From contig NW_024704742.1 of assembly GCF_018977255.1 (NCBI RefSeq), positions 47,308,001 through 47,372,000 of the forward strand: a stretch of DNA of 64,000 bases, given 5' to 3'. Below the pieces are notes generated by a model. That model did not search any database and was not told the origin of the DNA. It saw nothing but the letters and a program-made list of their open reading frames with translations. Source of the stretch: Callorhinchus milii. Lineage: Eukaryota. Made by a program: the position numbers and the translations under genes. Shown here piece by piece: positions 38,980 to 52,174 of the stretch. Each line of letters opens with the position of its first letter. Positions within the stretch are counted from its first letter, which is position 1.

Positions 38980-39281
38980 ATAATAATAATCCTTGCATTT
39001 TTGATTTAGCGCTTTTCACGTCAGGAGGACGTCCCAAAGCGCTTCACAGAACACACTGTAAAGTGAATCGACTGTATATTTGTGGGCGAACACGGCAGCC
39101 AATTGCGCACAGCAATGTCCCACAAACAGTCGTAGATTGAAAATGACCAATTTATTATTGTTTTGGGTTTTTTTTTGGAGGGATTATTATTAAGCTCTGT
39201 GTGGAGTAAGGAAACTTGCCCAAGGTTTTGCCCTGCCTGGAATTGAACTCAGGTCTCTCACTTGCAAAGCGAGTGCTCTAA
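38980..39281 (-). mobile_element. Young tRNA-derived SINE (short subfamily, 5' end truncated by about 20 nt)
   Basis: Reverse complement of the 23523/36676 copies. Confidence 0.92.
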
Positions 39282-39882
39282 TTTCCTCTTGATGCTTGTT
39301 CGGCCACTTGGTTTGCCCTGGTCACTCACTCGCAGCTCTGTACTCAGCCAATTAGTTATTAAAAACAATCATTTAATAACATCAAAAATAAAAACAGAAC
39401 TGGGGGTACTCAGCAGGTCAGGGAGCATCAACGGAGGAAAAGTGAATTAACATTTAAGGTCAATGACCTTTTGTCAGCTACATTCAATGCAGTGCTGGGA
39501 ACGCTCGACTCTACATATGTAACCAGTAAATTGTCTAAAAGGCTTGGGATTTGAGGTGATTTCTGAATCTTGACTTTTCGTCTGTATGCAGAATTTCCTA
39601 ACTAAGATCAGTGAGCAGTGTGCTCCTAAGGCTCTGTCATTTCTGTAGTGTAACTGGCCACCAGGGGATGCACAAGAACAGCCTTGACCCACTCTTACCA
39701 ACAGGAAAGATTAGCTGCTCCAAACCTTTTTGTGACCCAGACGCATCTGGCTGGAACTGCTGTGTGTCCTTCACAATACAGTCAACGTCCTTACAGTCAG
39801 TGTTTGAATATGACTGACGCATCTTTTATTTTTAATGCAAGTTCATCCATTCTGGATAGAATCCCATTAAATTGTAAATAAT

Positions 39883-40222
39883 ATAATAATAATAATCCTT
39901 GCATTTGATAAGGCGCCTTATCACGTCTTTGAGACGTCTCAAAGCGCTTCACAGAACATACTGTAAAGCAAAGTAATTGTGTACTCTGTAGGCGAAACGT
40001 GGGAGCCAATTGCACACAGCATGTCCTAAAAACAGTCGTGGATTGAAGTGACCAAATAATTTTTATTTTTTTGAAGGTGTTGTTACCCGCCAATCGACTA
40101 AGAACCGGGTTCCTACCTACTGCTAGGTAAACAGAGGCCTATAAAGTAAGAAAACTTGTCGACCGTTTTGCTCTACTGGGAATTAAACCCAGGTTCTCTC
40201 GCTTGCGAGATGAATGCTGCAA
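39883..40222 (-). mobile_element. tRNA-derived SINE (long subfamily)
   Basis: Contains aaccgggttcctacctactgctaggtaaacagagg. Confidence 0.87.
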
Positions 40223-42019
40223 CCACTAAGCTACTGGACTCCTAGATCTGTAGCTCTGTCCATGCCTAAGTTCATATCGTCTAATTTTTTTAATGAACTA
40301 CTTCACAGTTCTCTTTGAAGAAGAGAGGCAAGCATAGAAATTAGCCTTAAAATCTGAGCTCCTTTCGCAACTGCTTGTGCTGTTACACTTGCTTTGCTCC
40401 TGGCATAAGTGTTTTTTTGGAACTTGAACTTACTACTTTGTGGTTAAGGTGGAGTTCACACTATGTATAAATAACAAACTATTCTGTGCACACCCACCCT
40501 GGAAGTAAGGCCTTGTTATAAAGTATTTCTGGCAGTTTTTCTCCCCTCCTTTTCTAAAGGCGTTCTCACAGTTCAACATGCTGTACCTCGCCCAACTACC
40601 TCGTACAATGAGAATTGATGAACTATTCAACTTGGGGGGGTGGTGTTGGGGGTCAGTGGGGGTTAAGACAGAAGTTAAAGATCAGAGTTGAGCGTGATCA
40701 ATTTCAAATGCCTACATAATACAGTCGCTATACATTACAGTGTATCCTTTGAAATGTTTTGAGACATCCTCCTGACAGGAAAGCTGCTATATCAAATACA
40801 AGTGTTATTATAATAATCCTTTAATATAGCAGCTTGTAAGATCAAGACTGTGACAATCCAATGGGGTAGGGGTTGGGGCCGGAGGCTGCATTGTCAGAAA
40901 TGCCGTCTTTTGGATAAGACGTTAAACCGAGGTCCCATCTACCTGTCCAGGTGGCAGAACGGCAAAGATCCCATGGCACTATTTGAAACGAGAAGGGACT
41001 TTCTCCCGGTGTCTTGGTCAACAATCCCCCAAATAAAATTGTTAAACTCACTCGATGTGGCTGCGCACTAATTGGCTACTGCGTTCACCCACAACATACA
41101 CACAATCGCACCATTTTGCAGTAAATCCTGTGAATTTCTTAGACACCTCAACACTATGATAACGTGCTTTATCAAATAATGCAAGGAATATTATTATCTT
41201 GATCCAGCCATTTGTTGTTCGTGGTTTGATTTCTAGTCTGGCACCCCGCTACTCCCTCAGAGAATATATTGACATGTTACTCATGTTATTGACCTCAAAA
41301 GGATGAAGTGCCAATTGGATCTATTGAGATTTAAAATGTTTGAGGAGAGAAGTTAATAAAATTCAGACTATGAGCTCAGTCGTGTCTCAATAAGCAACAC
41401 GCAGTGTCCTGAGATGGGAGAGTTGGCTTCTCAGTGGCTGTGTGGAGGGAATTCTTAACCTTCTTTGACACTTGCAGAAGAGGAAGCAGGCGTATGACTA
41501 GAGCATGAATTTCACTTTTCTCTCTCATCCGTAGAAATAATCTTTAAGCTGGAACACTGGGAGAAAATTTAGGACAAAATACATAATCATCGAAGATGGG
41601 AAAATACAGGAGCCAAAAATGGTTTTTTTCACACTACATATCAATAACAAACTAATCTATGTAGACGCACTCTGGAAGTAGCAGTAATAATAAAAATAAA
41701 AAACCTTGCATTTGGGATAGTGCCTTTCAAATAAGGCTTTCCAAGTTGGACTCTGTCATAAAGCATTTATGCCAGTTTTTCTCTTGTAGGTGTTTTCAGA
41801 ATGCCAGCGCCTGATCCAGCCTATATCCATAATCCACAGGTCTTTCAGTTCTTAATAGCAAATGGAAGCAAAATTCCTGTTTAATTTTCAGCTTTCATAA
41901 TCCAAAGGTGTTGAGACCAATTCATAGTTCTCCAGCTCAGTTCAGCTAATTCAGCACCAGAGTTTCTGTTTTAATGGAAAGTGCATATCAGTCAGCGTTC
42001 ATCATGTCTACGCCGGCTC

Positions 42020-43330
42020 CCTCAAGAGCAGTCCTTTCAGTTACATTTACCTGCCCTTTCGCCATACCTTGTAGCTAACTCTTTATGTAATTCCCTCTTG
42101 AAGACCAATATGGATTCTGCCTCAACTACTACTCCCAGCAGGGAGTTCAATATTAATACTCCGGTGTATGAAAAAAAATTCTAACCTTCCCATTTTCTCA
42201 TTTACTAACGGCCTTAAATTGATCCCTAACTAGCTACTGACTCACCAATCAGTGAAATCATTTCTCTCTCTTGACTCTATCAAAACCTCTCATAATTTTA
42301 AAGACCTCTATCAGGAAACAATTTCTCCTTCCTTGTTCCAGCAGAAAAAGTCCCAGTTCCTATTGTCTCCACTTGTACACCAGACCATTAGTTTAGTGAA
42401 TCTCCTCTGCATCTGCTCTATCACCATCACATCTTTTCTAAAGTAGCAGGACCAGAACTGGACACAATATTCTACCTGTGGTCTAACTAATAGTTTGTAT
42501 AAGTTTAGTATTGCCTCTTTTATATTCTCTATCACTTTTTATAAAAATTAATAATAGTCCTTGCATTTGATATTGCGCCTTATTACGTTGTTGAGGCATA
42601 TCAAAACGTTTCACGAATATATTGTAAATTGGATTTTTGAAAGCTTTGTGCACACCTGTCTTCCCACCTTTAAGGATTTATGAACATTACCCCCAAAGTC
42701 CCTTTGCTCTTCCACGACTTTTAATATGACCACTCAACATATACTTGTTTTTCTTATTCTTCCTCTTGAAATGTATAACCTTGCAATTGTACACATTAAA
42801 TTTGTTTGTCATTTCTCTGCCCAATCAACTAATCTGTCTATGTCTCCTGATGTTGCTGACAATCTACCTCTTTGTTTGCTACACTCTACATTTTCTTGTC
42901 ACCTGCAAACTTAGAAATTGTGCCCCTTAAACCAGAATCCAAATCATTAAATGGAGGAAAGCAGAGGCCCTAACACTGACCCCTGGGGGACACCGCTATT
43001 TACCTTTCTCCATTGCACATAACAACCCTGTACTCCCATCCTATCCTTTAACCAACTTTCTATCCATGCTGCTGCCTTTCCATAAATACCATGTGCCCTT
43101 TGTTTTAACAAGTCTCCTATGCAACACCTTGTCAGAAGCTTTTGAACATCCGTATATACCACATTCATTAGCATTACCTTCTCAGTTTTTCATCAAAAAA
43201 AAGATTTGTCAGCCATGACGTTTCTTTGGCAAAACCATGCTGACTGCCTTTCCAAGTGGCTATTAATATTATCCTGTATTATAACCTCGACGTTTGCCCA
43301 CTATGGATTTTAGAGTGACTGGCCTAATAA
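42020..43330 (-). mobile_element. Decayed CR1 LINE RT fragment
   Basis: LVRPQVEYCVQFWS and SGVPQGSVLGPLL remnants on the minus strand. Confidence 0.88.
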
Positions 43331-43431
43331 TTGCTCAGCTGCCCCTTGTAGCTAACATATTTTTAAAACGTTATAAACTCTCATGAGTATACATTGGTGC
43401 AAAGACTTTCAGGTTAATTGCTTAAGCCGTG

Positions 43432-44250
43432 TGCTTCAATCTGCATTGGCTCGCGCAGGGTCTCTGCACCTTAGGCTCTGGCAGCATCAACCTCCATGGT
43501 TGCACACTATAACTCACCAAGCCAGTCAGGGACCTGGTGTCTTGTTTGATCCTCAACTGTCTTTTCTTCCCCACATTCAAGCCATGACCCGCTCTGCCTT
43601 CCCTCACCTCCGAAACATCGCCCAACTCCGCCACTACCTCAGCCCTCAGGCCACTGAAACTCTTGTTCACGCCCTCATCATCTCCAGGCTCGACTATGCA
43701 AACGCTCTGCTTGTCGGCCTTCCCAACTCCGCCCTCCACAGGCTGCAGATAATCCAGAACTCTGCAGCCCGTGTCCTCTTCCGCACCAAACTCCATGATC
43801 CCATCTCCCCCATTCTCGCCCGACTCCATTGGCTCCCTATCCTTCAGAGGATCCAGTTCAAGATCCTGGCCCTCACATACAAAGTCCTCCGTGGCCTCAC
43901 CCCACCCTACCTCTGCGACCGCCTAAACCCCTACCAACCCGCACGCTCCCTCCGCTCAGCCGGTTCTGGCCTGCTCCACGTCCCCCGACCCACCCGCCCC
44001 ACCATTGGCGGGAGAGCCTTCAGCCACTCTGCCCCCAACCTCTGGAATTCCATCCCCCGATCACTCCGCCTCTCCCCCTCCTTAGCCTCCTTCGAGTCCT
44101 GCCTCAGAACTCTCCTCTTCGACCATGCCATCGGCCACTCCTCTTCCCCTCCCTTCTCCCCGCCCTGACCCCAGCTTGGGTCTGAAATGCTGTACACTGT
44201 CCTGCACCTTGGGACGTTGCTATACAAATGTAATCTTGTTGTTGTTGTTG
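43432..44250 (+). mobile_element. L2 LINE 3' fragment (ORF2 C-terminus, largely open)
   Basis: ETLVHALIISRLDYANALLVGLP...LHWLPILQRIQFKIL...IGGRAFSHSAPNLWNS. Confidence 0.93.
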
Positions 44251-44358
44251 CATAAGGAATTAGCTGATGTGGAGTGTTTGCCCTCCAGCATTTTTGGCCC
44301 CTCGCTATGTTTGAGATGATCTATTGGACTACTTCAAAATGTTTTATTTTGACAGCTA

Positions 44359-45222
44359 CAACAGCAACAACAACAAGATTCCATTTATAGAGCGCCTTTC
44401 ACGTCGGGAGGACGTCCCAAGGCGCTGTACAGTTGGGTCAGGACCCGAGCAGAGGGGGGAATGGTCAGGGTGAGGGGAGGGAGGGAGCGAGGAGGGGGTA
44501 GAGAGTCGAGAGGGGAGCTGAAGGCACTGTCAAAGAGAAAGGTCTTGAGACCGGCCTTGAAGGAGGAAAGGGAGGAGGCGGCGAAGGCACTGGGGGATAG
44601 AGTTCCAGAGCCTCGGGGCTGAGAGGCTGAAGGCCCGGCCACCGATGGTAGGGCGGTTGGGGCGGGGGATGTGGAGCAGACCGGAGCCGGAGGAACGGAG
44701 GGTACGGGCAGGTAGGTAGGGGATAGTAGGTCGGAGAGGTAGGAGGGAGCGAGGCCGTGAATGGCCTTGTAGGTGAGGATGAGTATCTTGAATTCGATCC
44801 TCTGGGGGATGGGGAGCCAGTGGAGGTGAGCGAGGGTGGGAGTGATGTGGTCCCGAACCCTGGTGCGGGACAGTACACGAGCTGCAGAGTTCTGAATGAC
44901 CTGCAGCTTGTGGAGGGAGGTGGCGGGAAGGCCGGCGAGGAGAGAGTTTCCATAGTCCAGCCTTGAGGTGATAAAGGCGTGGACCAGGGTTTCAGCCGCG
45001 TGAGGGGTGAGGTAGTGCCGTAGTCTGGTGACATTCCGGAGGTGATGGAAGGCGGTGCCAGTTGTGGCGCAGATATGAGGGAGAAAGGACAGCTCAGGGT
45101 CGAACAGAACTCCGAGGTTCCTGACTGACTTTGAGAGGTGGAGAGTGCAGCCTTGGATGCTGATGCTGTCAGCGCCTGAGGTGCGGAGGCGCTGACGTGA
45201 GCCAATCAGGAGGGCCTCAATT
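44359..45222 (-). mobile_element. Young L2 LINE 3' fragment
   Basis: Same ORF2 C-terminus on the minus strand, (CAA)n at the left end. Confidence 0.93.
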
Positions 45223-45530
45223 TTACGCTAGTCTTGTGCATGGGGTGTTGCTGGAACATTTTGGCTGTCAAGTTGGTTTATATAATAGGAAGAAGAAATA
45301 ATAATAATACTTGTGTTTGATATAGCTAATGACCCTAATTCTGTGTTATAATAATGAAATGAAATAATAATCTTTGTATTGATGTATCCCTTATGACATT
45401 GTCATTGAAGTCTCAAAGCACTTTGCAGCATTTTCTGTGAAATGTAGAGACTGCATTTGTAAAGACTGAACACAGCAGCCAATTTGCCACAAAAGGTCCC
45501 ACAGAACAGCCACTTTTATTTGGGGAATTA

Positions 45531-46358
45531 CATAAGATATAGGAGCAGGAGTTGGCCATTCGGCCCCTCAAGCCTACCCCGCTATTTAATAAGATCATGG
45601 CTGATCTAATAACCTAATTCCATTTACCCGGCCTATCCCCATATTCCTTAATCCCTTTAGTTCTTAAAAATTTATCGATCTGAGTCTTGAATATGGTCAA
45701 TGACTGAGCATCCACAGCCTTCTGGGGTAGAGAATTCAATAAATTCACTACCCTCTGAGTAAAGAAATGTTTTCTCAAATCAGTTCTAAAGGGCTGACCT
45801 TTAATTCTGAGATTATGACCCCTAGGTTTAAATTCTCCGACCAGGGGAAACAGTCTCACACTATCTATCCTGTCATGATCCTTAAGAATTTATATAAGAA
45901 TTTCTTTAAGACCACTTCTAATTCTTCTATATTCTAGAGAATATAGGCCTAGTCTACTCAACCTCTCCTCGTAGGTCAACCCCCTCATCCCAGGAACCAA
46001 CCTAGTGAACCTACATTGCACACCCTCGAATGCCTTCTGAAAATCCAAGTACACTATATCCACTGGTTTGCCACCCATCTAACCTGCTAGTTACATCTTC
46101 AAAAAACTCTAAAAGATTTCTTAAACAAGATTTCCCTTTCATAAAACTGAGTTGACTCTGCCTAATCATATTATGACTTTCTAAGTGCCCCACGACAACA
46201 TCCCTAATTATAGCCTCTAGAATTTTCCCGACCAGGCTAATTGGTCTAAAGTTTCCCAGTTTTTCTCTCCCACCCTTCTTAAATAGTAGTGTTATGTTTG
46301 TGATCTTCCAATCAACGGGTACCATTCCAGAATCCAGGGAATTCTGGAAGATCAAAAA
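45531..46358 (-). mobile_element. CR1 LINE fragment with internal deletion of the RT core
   Basis: DWKITNITLLFKKG...LLEFFEDVT...YLDFQKAF joined directly to EGVQCRFTRLVPG...HFFTQRVVNLLNSLP and the 3' UTR. Confidence 0.9.
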
Positions 46359-47690
46359 CAATTGTTGGCCAGGAAAGTGTTGTGGATATTTGGGAAATAG
46401 CTTTTTTAATGTACATTGAGCACTGATTGACATTCAGTTTGGTTGGTTGGTTAGTTGATCCAATGCAACAACTTATGATTTAGTCTTTTGTATTGTTCTG
46501 AGTATGGACCAAATATGCCTTGACTTACATTGGCATTCCTTGGCATTGGATGGCAAATTTGGAAAACTAGTGCCTTCCCCAGTATCAACGCCAATCAAGT
46601 CGTTGAGCACAAAAAATACTTTTTTTTATTTGTATAACTAACCAACCAAAATTGTTTTTATTTAGAAATGTCTGCATTTCTAAAGTCCTGACCAACATTT
46701 TACAGGACTCCCCTAGTCTGTGTACTAATTGCCTCCCTAGTATTGCTTTCCAGCTGGCTAACTGGAGGCATGAGCATCACTTTGAGAGCAACGTGGCTGT
46801 TCAATTTGCCTTCTAAATAAACAGTAATTACAGGAGATGTTTCAATGAGATGATACGGTGTTATTAAAAATTCAAATTCTCTCTTCCTACGCACCGGCAA
46901 ACCAGATGATATTTTCCATCAGGTTTCACCGAACAACTATTAAAAGTAGCAGGAATCTTTAGTGACTTTCTAGATTTTCTATCTACCGCCCCTTCCCACC
47001 CAGAACCTTTCTAGCTCAGGGGTCCTAAGCCCAATTGCAGTAAACCTCACATAAGTCATATCAGTCGGTACACATATCAATACACATACATTCAATGTGA
47101 CTTAAGCAAAGTATGAGTTACTTGAAACTTATATTAAAAAAAAGAAATTCAATGAGACTAGAGCAGATGTAAGAATTAGGTGATTATGATTTATACAGAT
47201 CAGACTTACGTGAATTTTTACTGTGCACTGCTCAACTCAACTGAATGAGAATATTAGGTACACGCCTGGCACACACTGTTGTTACAGTCCGCAAACTCAG
47301 CTTAATCGGTGTTGTCCTGTGTCTGATTTACTGCTGTACTAGACAGTACTCTTACCTACAGCCTATCAGAAGAGTCCCAAGTACTCAGGCGTTAACAGGT
47401 AGCCTTATTGTTCCAGAATATTTCAAGGTGTGAGCCTGGAGTTTGTTTGTTTTGCAAATCTGAAACAATCATGTGATATTCATTATGTTTTTAAAAAAAT
47501 AAATTTCTACAGAAGCTGATGGCAAATTGCCAATCACATCAGAATATTTGTCATCAAATGATGACAGGCCACCAAACCTGCCCTGTTCAGAAGTGTTTTT
47601 GTAAAATTCATTTTTTTTAAAAAAACACACTTCATTGCATGGTATAGTCCATATCCTTATTCTTTACCATTAACTTATCCACTCGCCCTT

Positions 47691-48084
47691 CAACAACAAC
47701 AAAATTACATTTATAGACCATCTTTCACGTGGGGAGGACGTCCCTAAGTGCTGAACAGTCAGGTGTCGGGGCCCGGGCATGGGGGAGGGGTGAGGGAAGG
47801 CAGAGAGGTGGAAGGGAGACCAAAGGCACAGTTGAAGAGAAGAGTCTTGAGACCGGCCTTGAAGGATGCGAGGGAGAAAGCGAGGAGAAGGGACCGTGGG
47901 ATGGAGTTCCAGAGTGTGGGGGCAGAGAGGCTGAAAGCCCGGCCACCGATGGTAGGGCGGGTCGGGTGGGAGACATGGAGCAGGCCGGAGCCCGCTGAAC
48001 GGAGGGAGTGGGCAGGTTGGTAGGGAGTCAGCAGGTCAGAGAGGTACAAGGGGGCAAGGCCATGGATGGCCTTAAAGGTGAGAA
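47691..48084 (-). mobile_element. L2 3' fragment
   Basis: YLSDLLTPYQPAHSLRS...IGGRAFSLSAPTLWNS. Confidence 0.9.
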
Positions 48085-49722
48085 TTCACTGAATAATCAG
48101 TTGATTTTAATTGCTTCCTTCTAGTTTTAATAACTTTAAATTATCAGATAGTTGATTTGCATAACCAAACTATTTTTCTTTGAAGGGTGAAAATCTAACT
48201 GCAATGTGCATGGTACAATATTTGGTGAAAGATTTATTGAACAGTGATGCTAAACATTTGGGACAACATTTTCAAAGTTTGTACCCTTCAATTTTCTACC
48301 CCTGGTCTCCAGTTTGCAGGATGTGGCAGAGTTTGGCGTATTTCCAAATTAAATGTTGGAACTGAAACATTGGGCTTTCATGTTCCAAAATTAGACAACT
48401 AACCCATAGGTTAGAATATATTAAAAACCAAGTAGGCCAAAACAACTGAATAAGTAAACTTGTAATTTAATGCATTAATGGAATTAGATGATGGTTCATA
48501 TAAATTGATATTTTAGAATTGATGCAATTAGATGAATTATTATCATAAGAAATTTGGGTTGTACGCATCGCATGTTGAAGGGATATGATGAAAGGGCAGG
48601 GGATTAGGACAAAGATGTGGCCAAACCTAATAAACTGGCGGAACAGGCTAATAAACTGGTGGAACGGGTTGATTACCTTCCTCCTGTTTTTGTTTCCCTA
48701 TGCTCTAAATGAACCCGGACTCGATCGTAATTATAATTAGGCATTATAATTAAGACTCTTTGAAAAATCTGCCTAGTTATTATAACTGCAGCGTATTAAA
48801 AAATCTAAATACTATTTCAGGGAGTTTTGTTTTTAATTACAAGAATGACTGCCCAGAACAGGCTCAATATAATTTAGTAGTGCTTCTTTACCATGTTAAT
48901 TTGGTTTTAACCTGGGCCAATAGAAAAGTGCAGAAATATTTGCCCCAAATTGCATGGCGTTTAACAAATTTTGTGGAAAATTGCAAAGGGTTGAATTGTG
49001 CTATTAAGAGACGCATTTTGTGAAGCAACCCAGATTAAAACTGTAGGCATATACTTCCTGAACATGTAGCTATGTTTAAAATATTAAAAATGTTAATTTG
49101 AATAGTACAGCACTTACCAATAATTCATTGTTGGAGCTCAATTTAGGTCTCGGGCGCCACAGGAGCTCAGGTTAGGCCGTGGGCGGCAGGCGAAGCTGAT
49201 TTCCTGCTCGCGCTGCATCCATGATCCCAACATTCCCCGTGCCCCACATGGGCAATCTGAGCCGCACCCCCCACAGTAGCAACGTTGAGCAAACAGGGCG
49301 CAGAGGCCCAGGGCCTAGCACACTGTGTGTACAGATTTATCGCGGACGGGGGTTATTTGTAGCAGAGGAGGGAAAAAATTCCTCGGAAAAATGTGTGGCC
49401 GCACTTTTCTATTGACCCAGCTTATAACACAGTTGCAATATGGATCTCATTCGCTGTATACATGTAGCTGGGCAACTGACTTCTGGCGTGCAGACTTCCT
49501 TTCAAACAGAAATGGTCACTTCTTGGTTGTTGTGCACGGGCAAAGTAGGAAATGGCATTGCTAGCATCCTCATGATCCAGACATTGCACTTTTCACATGT
49601 TTGGGAAGTGGCAGGGAGCAGTGTGCATGCATATTGAAACCAGATACCACTATCCAACAAGTTCCAGTGTAAGCAATTGGGTTTAAGACTAACTCATCTT
49701 CTCAACCCGTTTTGTTTTGCAG

Positions 49723-49967
49723 GCCGTACATTTCCAACACACCCTTATTTTTCTGCACAGCTGGGTGCTGGGCAGCTCTCTCTGTTTAATCTGTTGAAAG
49801 CCTACTCCCTGCTGGATCAGGAGGTGGGCTATTGCCAGGGGCTTAGCTTTGTAGCAGGAATCCTGTTGCTGCACATGAGCGAAGAAGATGCCTTTCGAAT
49901 GCTGAAGTTTCTCATGTACGACATGGGCTTGAGGAGACAATACCGACCTGACATGATTATTTTGCAG
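49723..49967 (+). CDS. TBC1D1: TBC1D1 exon [10 protein letters not shown]...VGYCQGLSF...[10 protein letters not shown], catalytic Arg and Gln fingers (phase 1-0)
   Basis: ttttgttttgcag acceptor, gtagag donor, 245 nt; DLGRTF and YCQG motifs intact. Confidence 0.97.
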
Positions 49968-50550
49968 GTAGAGAGAGAGATTGTTGCAGCTTGATCTGAA
50001 TTAATATTGAATAATTGGGAAATTGAAAGCAGCTGTTTGCAAATTTGTCTAAAGTTGCTACTTTTCACTTTGTTGTGGGTTGGTTTGACGTGTCTATTTT
50101 TACATAATGGTACATTTTAACATCCTTACATTTCCAGTGCCTTTGAACATCCTCCCAATGTGAAAGGCGGTATATGTAAATGTGTATTGTTCTAATAATT
50201 TAAGAAAGCACTCAATAAGAAAACAATTCAGCCCATCAAGCCTATTCATTCTACAGATCACACAATACCTGCCCTACTCTATCTAGTTCTACAATTGCTC
50301 TCCAGTAACTCACCTGAGTGGACATTATTCACATATGAACCATGATGGAGAGCATCAACACACTATTCATCCTCAGACATGATAGTCTTGCACAATCTAA
50401 TCCTCACCTGACATACACACACTCCTGACACACTCCTATTTTCATTGGTGTTTGTAGCAACCAGGAGTTGTGAACCCTAGCTGATTTCTCCTCTCTTCTC
50501 CGCAGCCCCACAAATCCATGGCTAATGAGGATACTTGTGTCCCAACCACT

Positions 50551-50866
50551 ATAATAATAATAATCCTTGCATTTGATATAGCGCTTTTCATGTCAGGAGG
50601 ACATCCCAAAGCACTTCACAGAACACACTGTAAAGTGAATTGACTGTATATTTGTGGGCGAACGCGGCAGCCAATTGCGCACAGCAATGTCCCACAAACA
50701 GTCGTAGATTGAAAATGACCAATTTATTATTGTTTTTGGTTTTGGAGGAGATTATTATTAGGCGTGTGGAGTAAGGAAACTTGCCCAAGGTTTCGCCCTG
50801 CCTGGAATTGAACCCAGGTCTCTCGCTTGCAAAGCGAGTGCTCTAACCACTGAGCTATAGGACTCC
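50551..50866 (-). mobile_element. Young full-length tRNA-derived SINE (short subfamily)
   Basis: The head retains the ctcgc-ttTGCaa-gcgag anticodon-like arm and ggttcaattcc B box. Confidence 0.93.
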
Positions 50867-51415
50867 TGGTTACATTAGCGCTGAGCAGTCCTGCTGCACC
50901 TCATAAGCGAGTAACACTTCTATGTGGGGAGGGGGGGCTGAGTAAAACTCTTCAGGCGTTCTCACCTCTGATTTGCCAATGGACCTATCAGTCAAACCAA
51001 TGACCGTCCTTTAAAATGAGTAAGTTATGAGAGGTGAGGACATCCGGACAAACATCCAGCCTGACCAGAAATGACCGGGACCCACGGTTTGGCTCTGTCT
51101 GCAGGATTGGCTGTGGTCCTCGGGGCTCAAGGCTTTATCCTCCCAGCTCCTTTTAAATAATAATAATCCTTGCATCTTATCAGTTAAAGAGGTGAGCTGT
51201 TGATAGATTTTGGGGGAGACAGTGGGCTGAACCCATGCCACCAGCCACCTATGCCTCTGGATCCTTTATCCACTAAGTCATTAACCATTCATGTACAATC
51301 CAGTAAGGGATTATTTTATTGGAAAGTTGCTGAACCTCAGTGCGCTTGTCAAATGAGTTTTAGAGACTTCATGGCTCTAAGCATTTTAACAAAAGTGTGA
51401 TATTCTGTTTCCCAG

Positions 51416-51575
51416 ATCCAGATGTACCAGCTTTCACGTCTTCTCCATGATTACCACCGAGATCTCTACTGCCACTTTGAAGAGAATGAGATCAGTCCCA
51501 GCCTTTATGCTGCTCCATGGTTTCTTACCATGTTTGCCTCTCAGTTTCCTTTGGGTTTTGTGGCCAGAGTCTTTG
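51416..51575 (+). CDS. TBC1D1: TBC1D1 exon [14 protein letters not shown]...[20 protein letters not shown] (phase 0-1)
   Basis: ctgtttcccag acceptor, gtaaac donor, 160 nt. Confidence 0.97.
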
Positions 51576-52004
51576 GTAAACATTGCTGCTCTGTGGGGTT
51601 GTGGTGGGGGGGAGGGGAATTAGTTCATTGTTTTATTTTGCTGTCACACCAGAACACATTTTTTTAAGAAAGCAAAACATAATGACTCCCAAGTAATTGA
51701 AGTATGTCTAGCGGATCTGCAGGAACTTCACTCTGACTTCATCTACTTGCAAAGTAGAATTCCCTTGGGACAGAATTACAATCTTCCGGTTACTGGAAGG
51801 AGTATGAGATTTGTGACTTGGGAGTTTCTAAGGAATCAGCAACCATAATTTTACATATTTTTATGTTGGAGGTGTTATTTTTTAATTTACCTTTCATTTT
51901 ATCTAATGTTGGAAACTATGATTGTTTAGTTGAAAAATTTATGTAACATGTGATAGAAATGACCTGCTCTGGTTGCTATTAGACTTGTTTTCCTGTTTTT
52001 GTAG

Positions 52005-52174
52005 ACATGATCTTCCTTCAAGGGTCTGAGGTCATCTTTAAGGTAGCTCTGAGTTTACTGGGAAGTCACAAGCCACTTATTCTACAACACGAGAATCTGG
52101 AATCAATCGTTGACTTCATAAAGTGCACACTACCTAACCTTGGCCTAGTACAGATGGAAAAAACAATTATCCAG
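52005..52174 (+). CDS. TBC1D1: TBC1D1 exon [25 protein letters not shown]...[15 protein letters not shown] (phase 1-0)
   Basis: cctgtttttgtag acceptor, gtataa donor, 170 nt; not in the ORF track, translated by hand. Confidence 0.96.

Noticed and set aside
43383..44168. 261-aa ORF as a host gene
   Set aside because: L2 ORF2 C-terminal remnant without the RT core or a credible start
44465..45205. 246-aa Pro/Ser/Thr-rich ORF
   Set aside because: Off-frame reading of a C-rich L2 fragment
47356..47459. Minus-strand exon-like segment with good splice sites
   Set aside because: Stops in all three frames and no partner exons identified
50795..50866. tRNA-Ala(TGC)-like cloverleaf (also at 23523, 36676, 2682)
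   Set aside because: It is the head of a SINE, continuing into the SINE body without a proper acceptor stem or terminator
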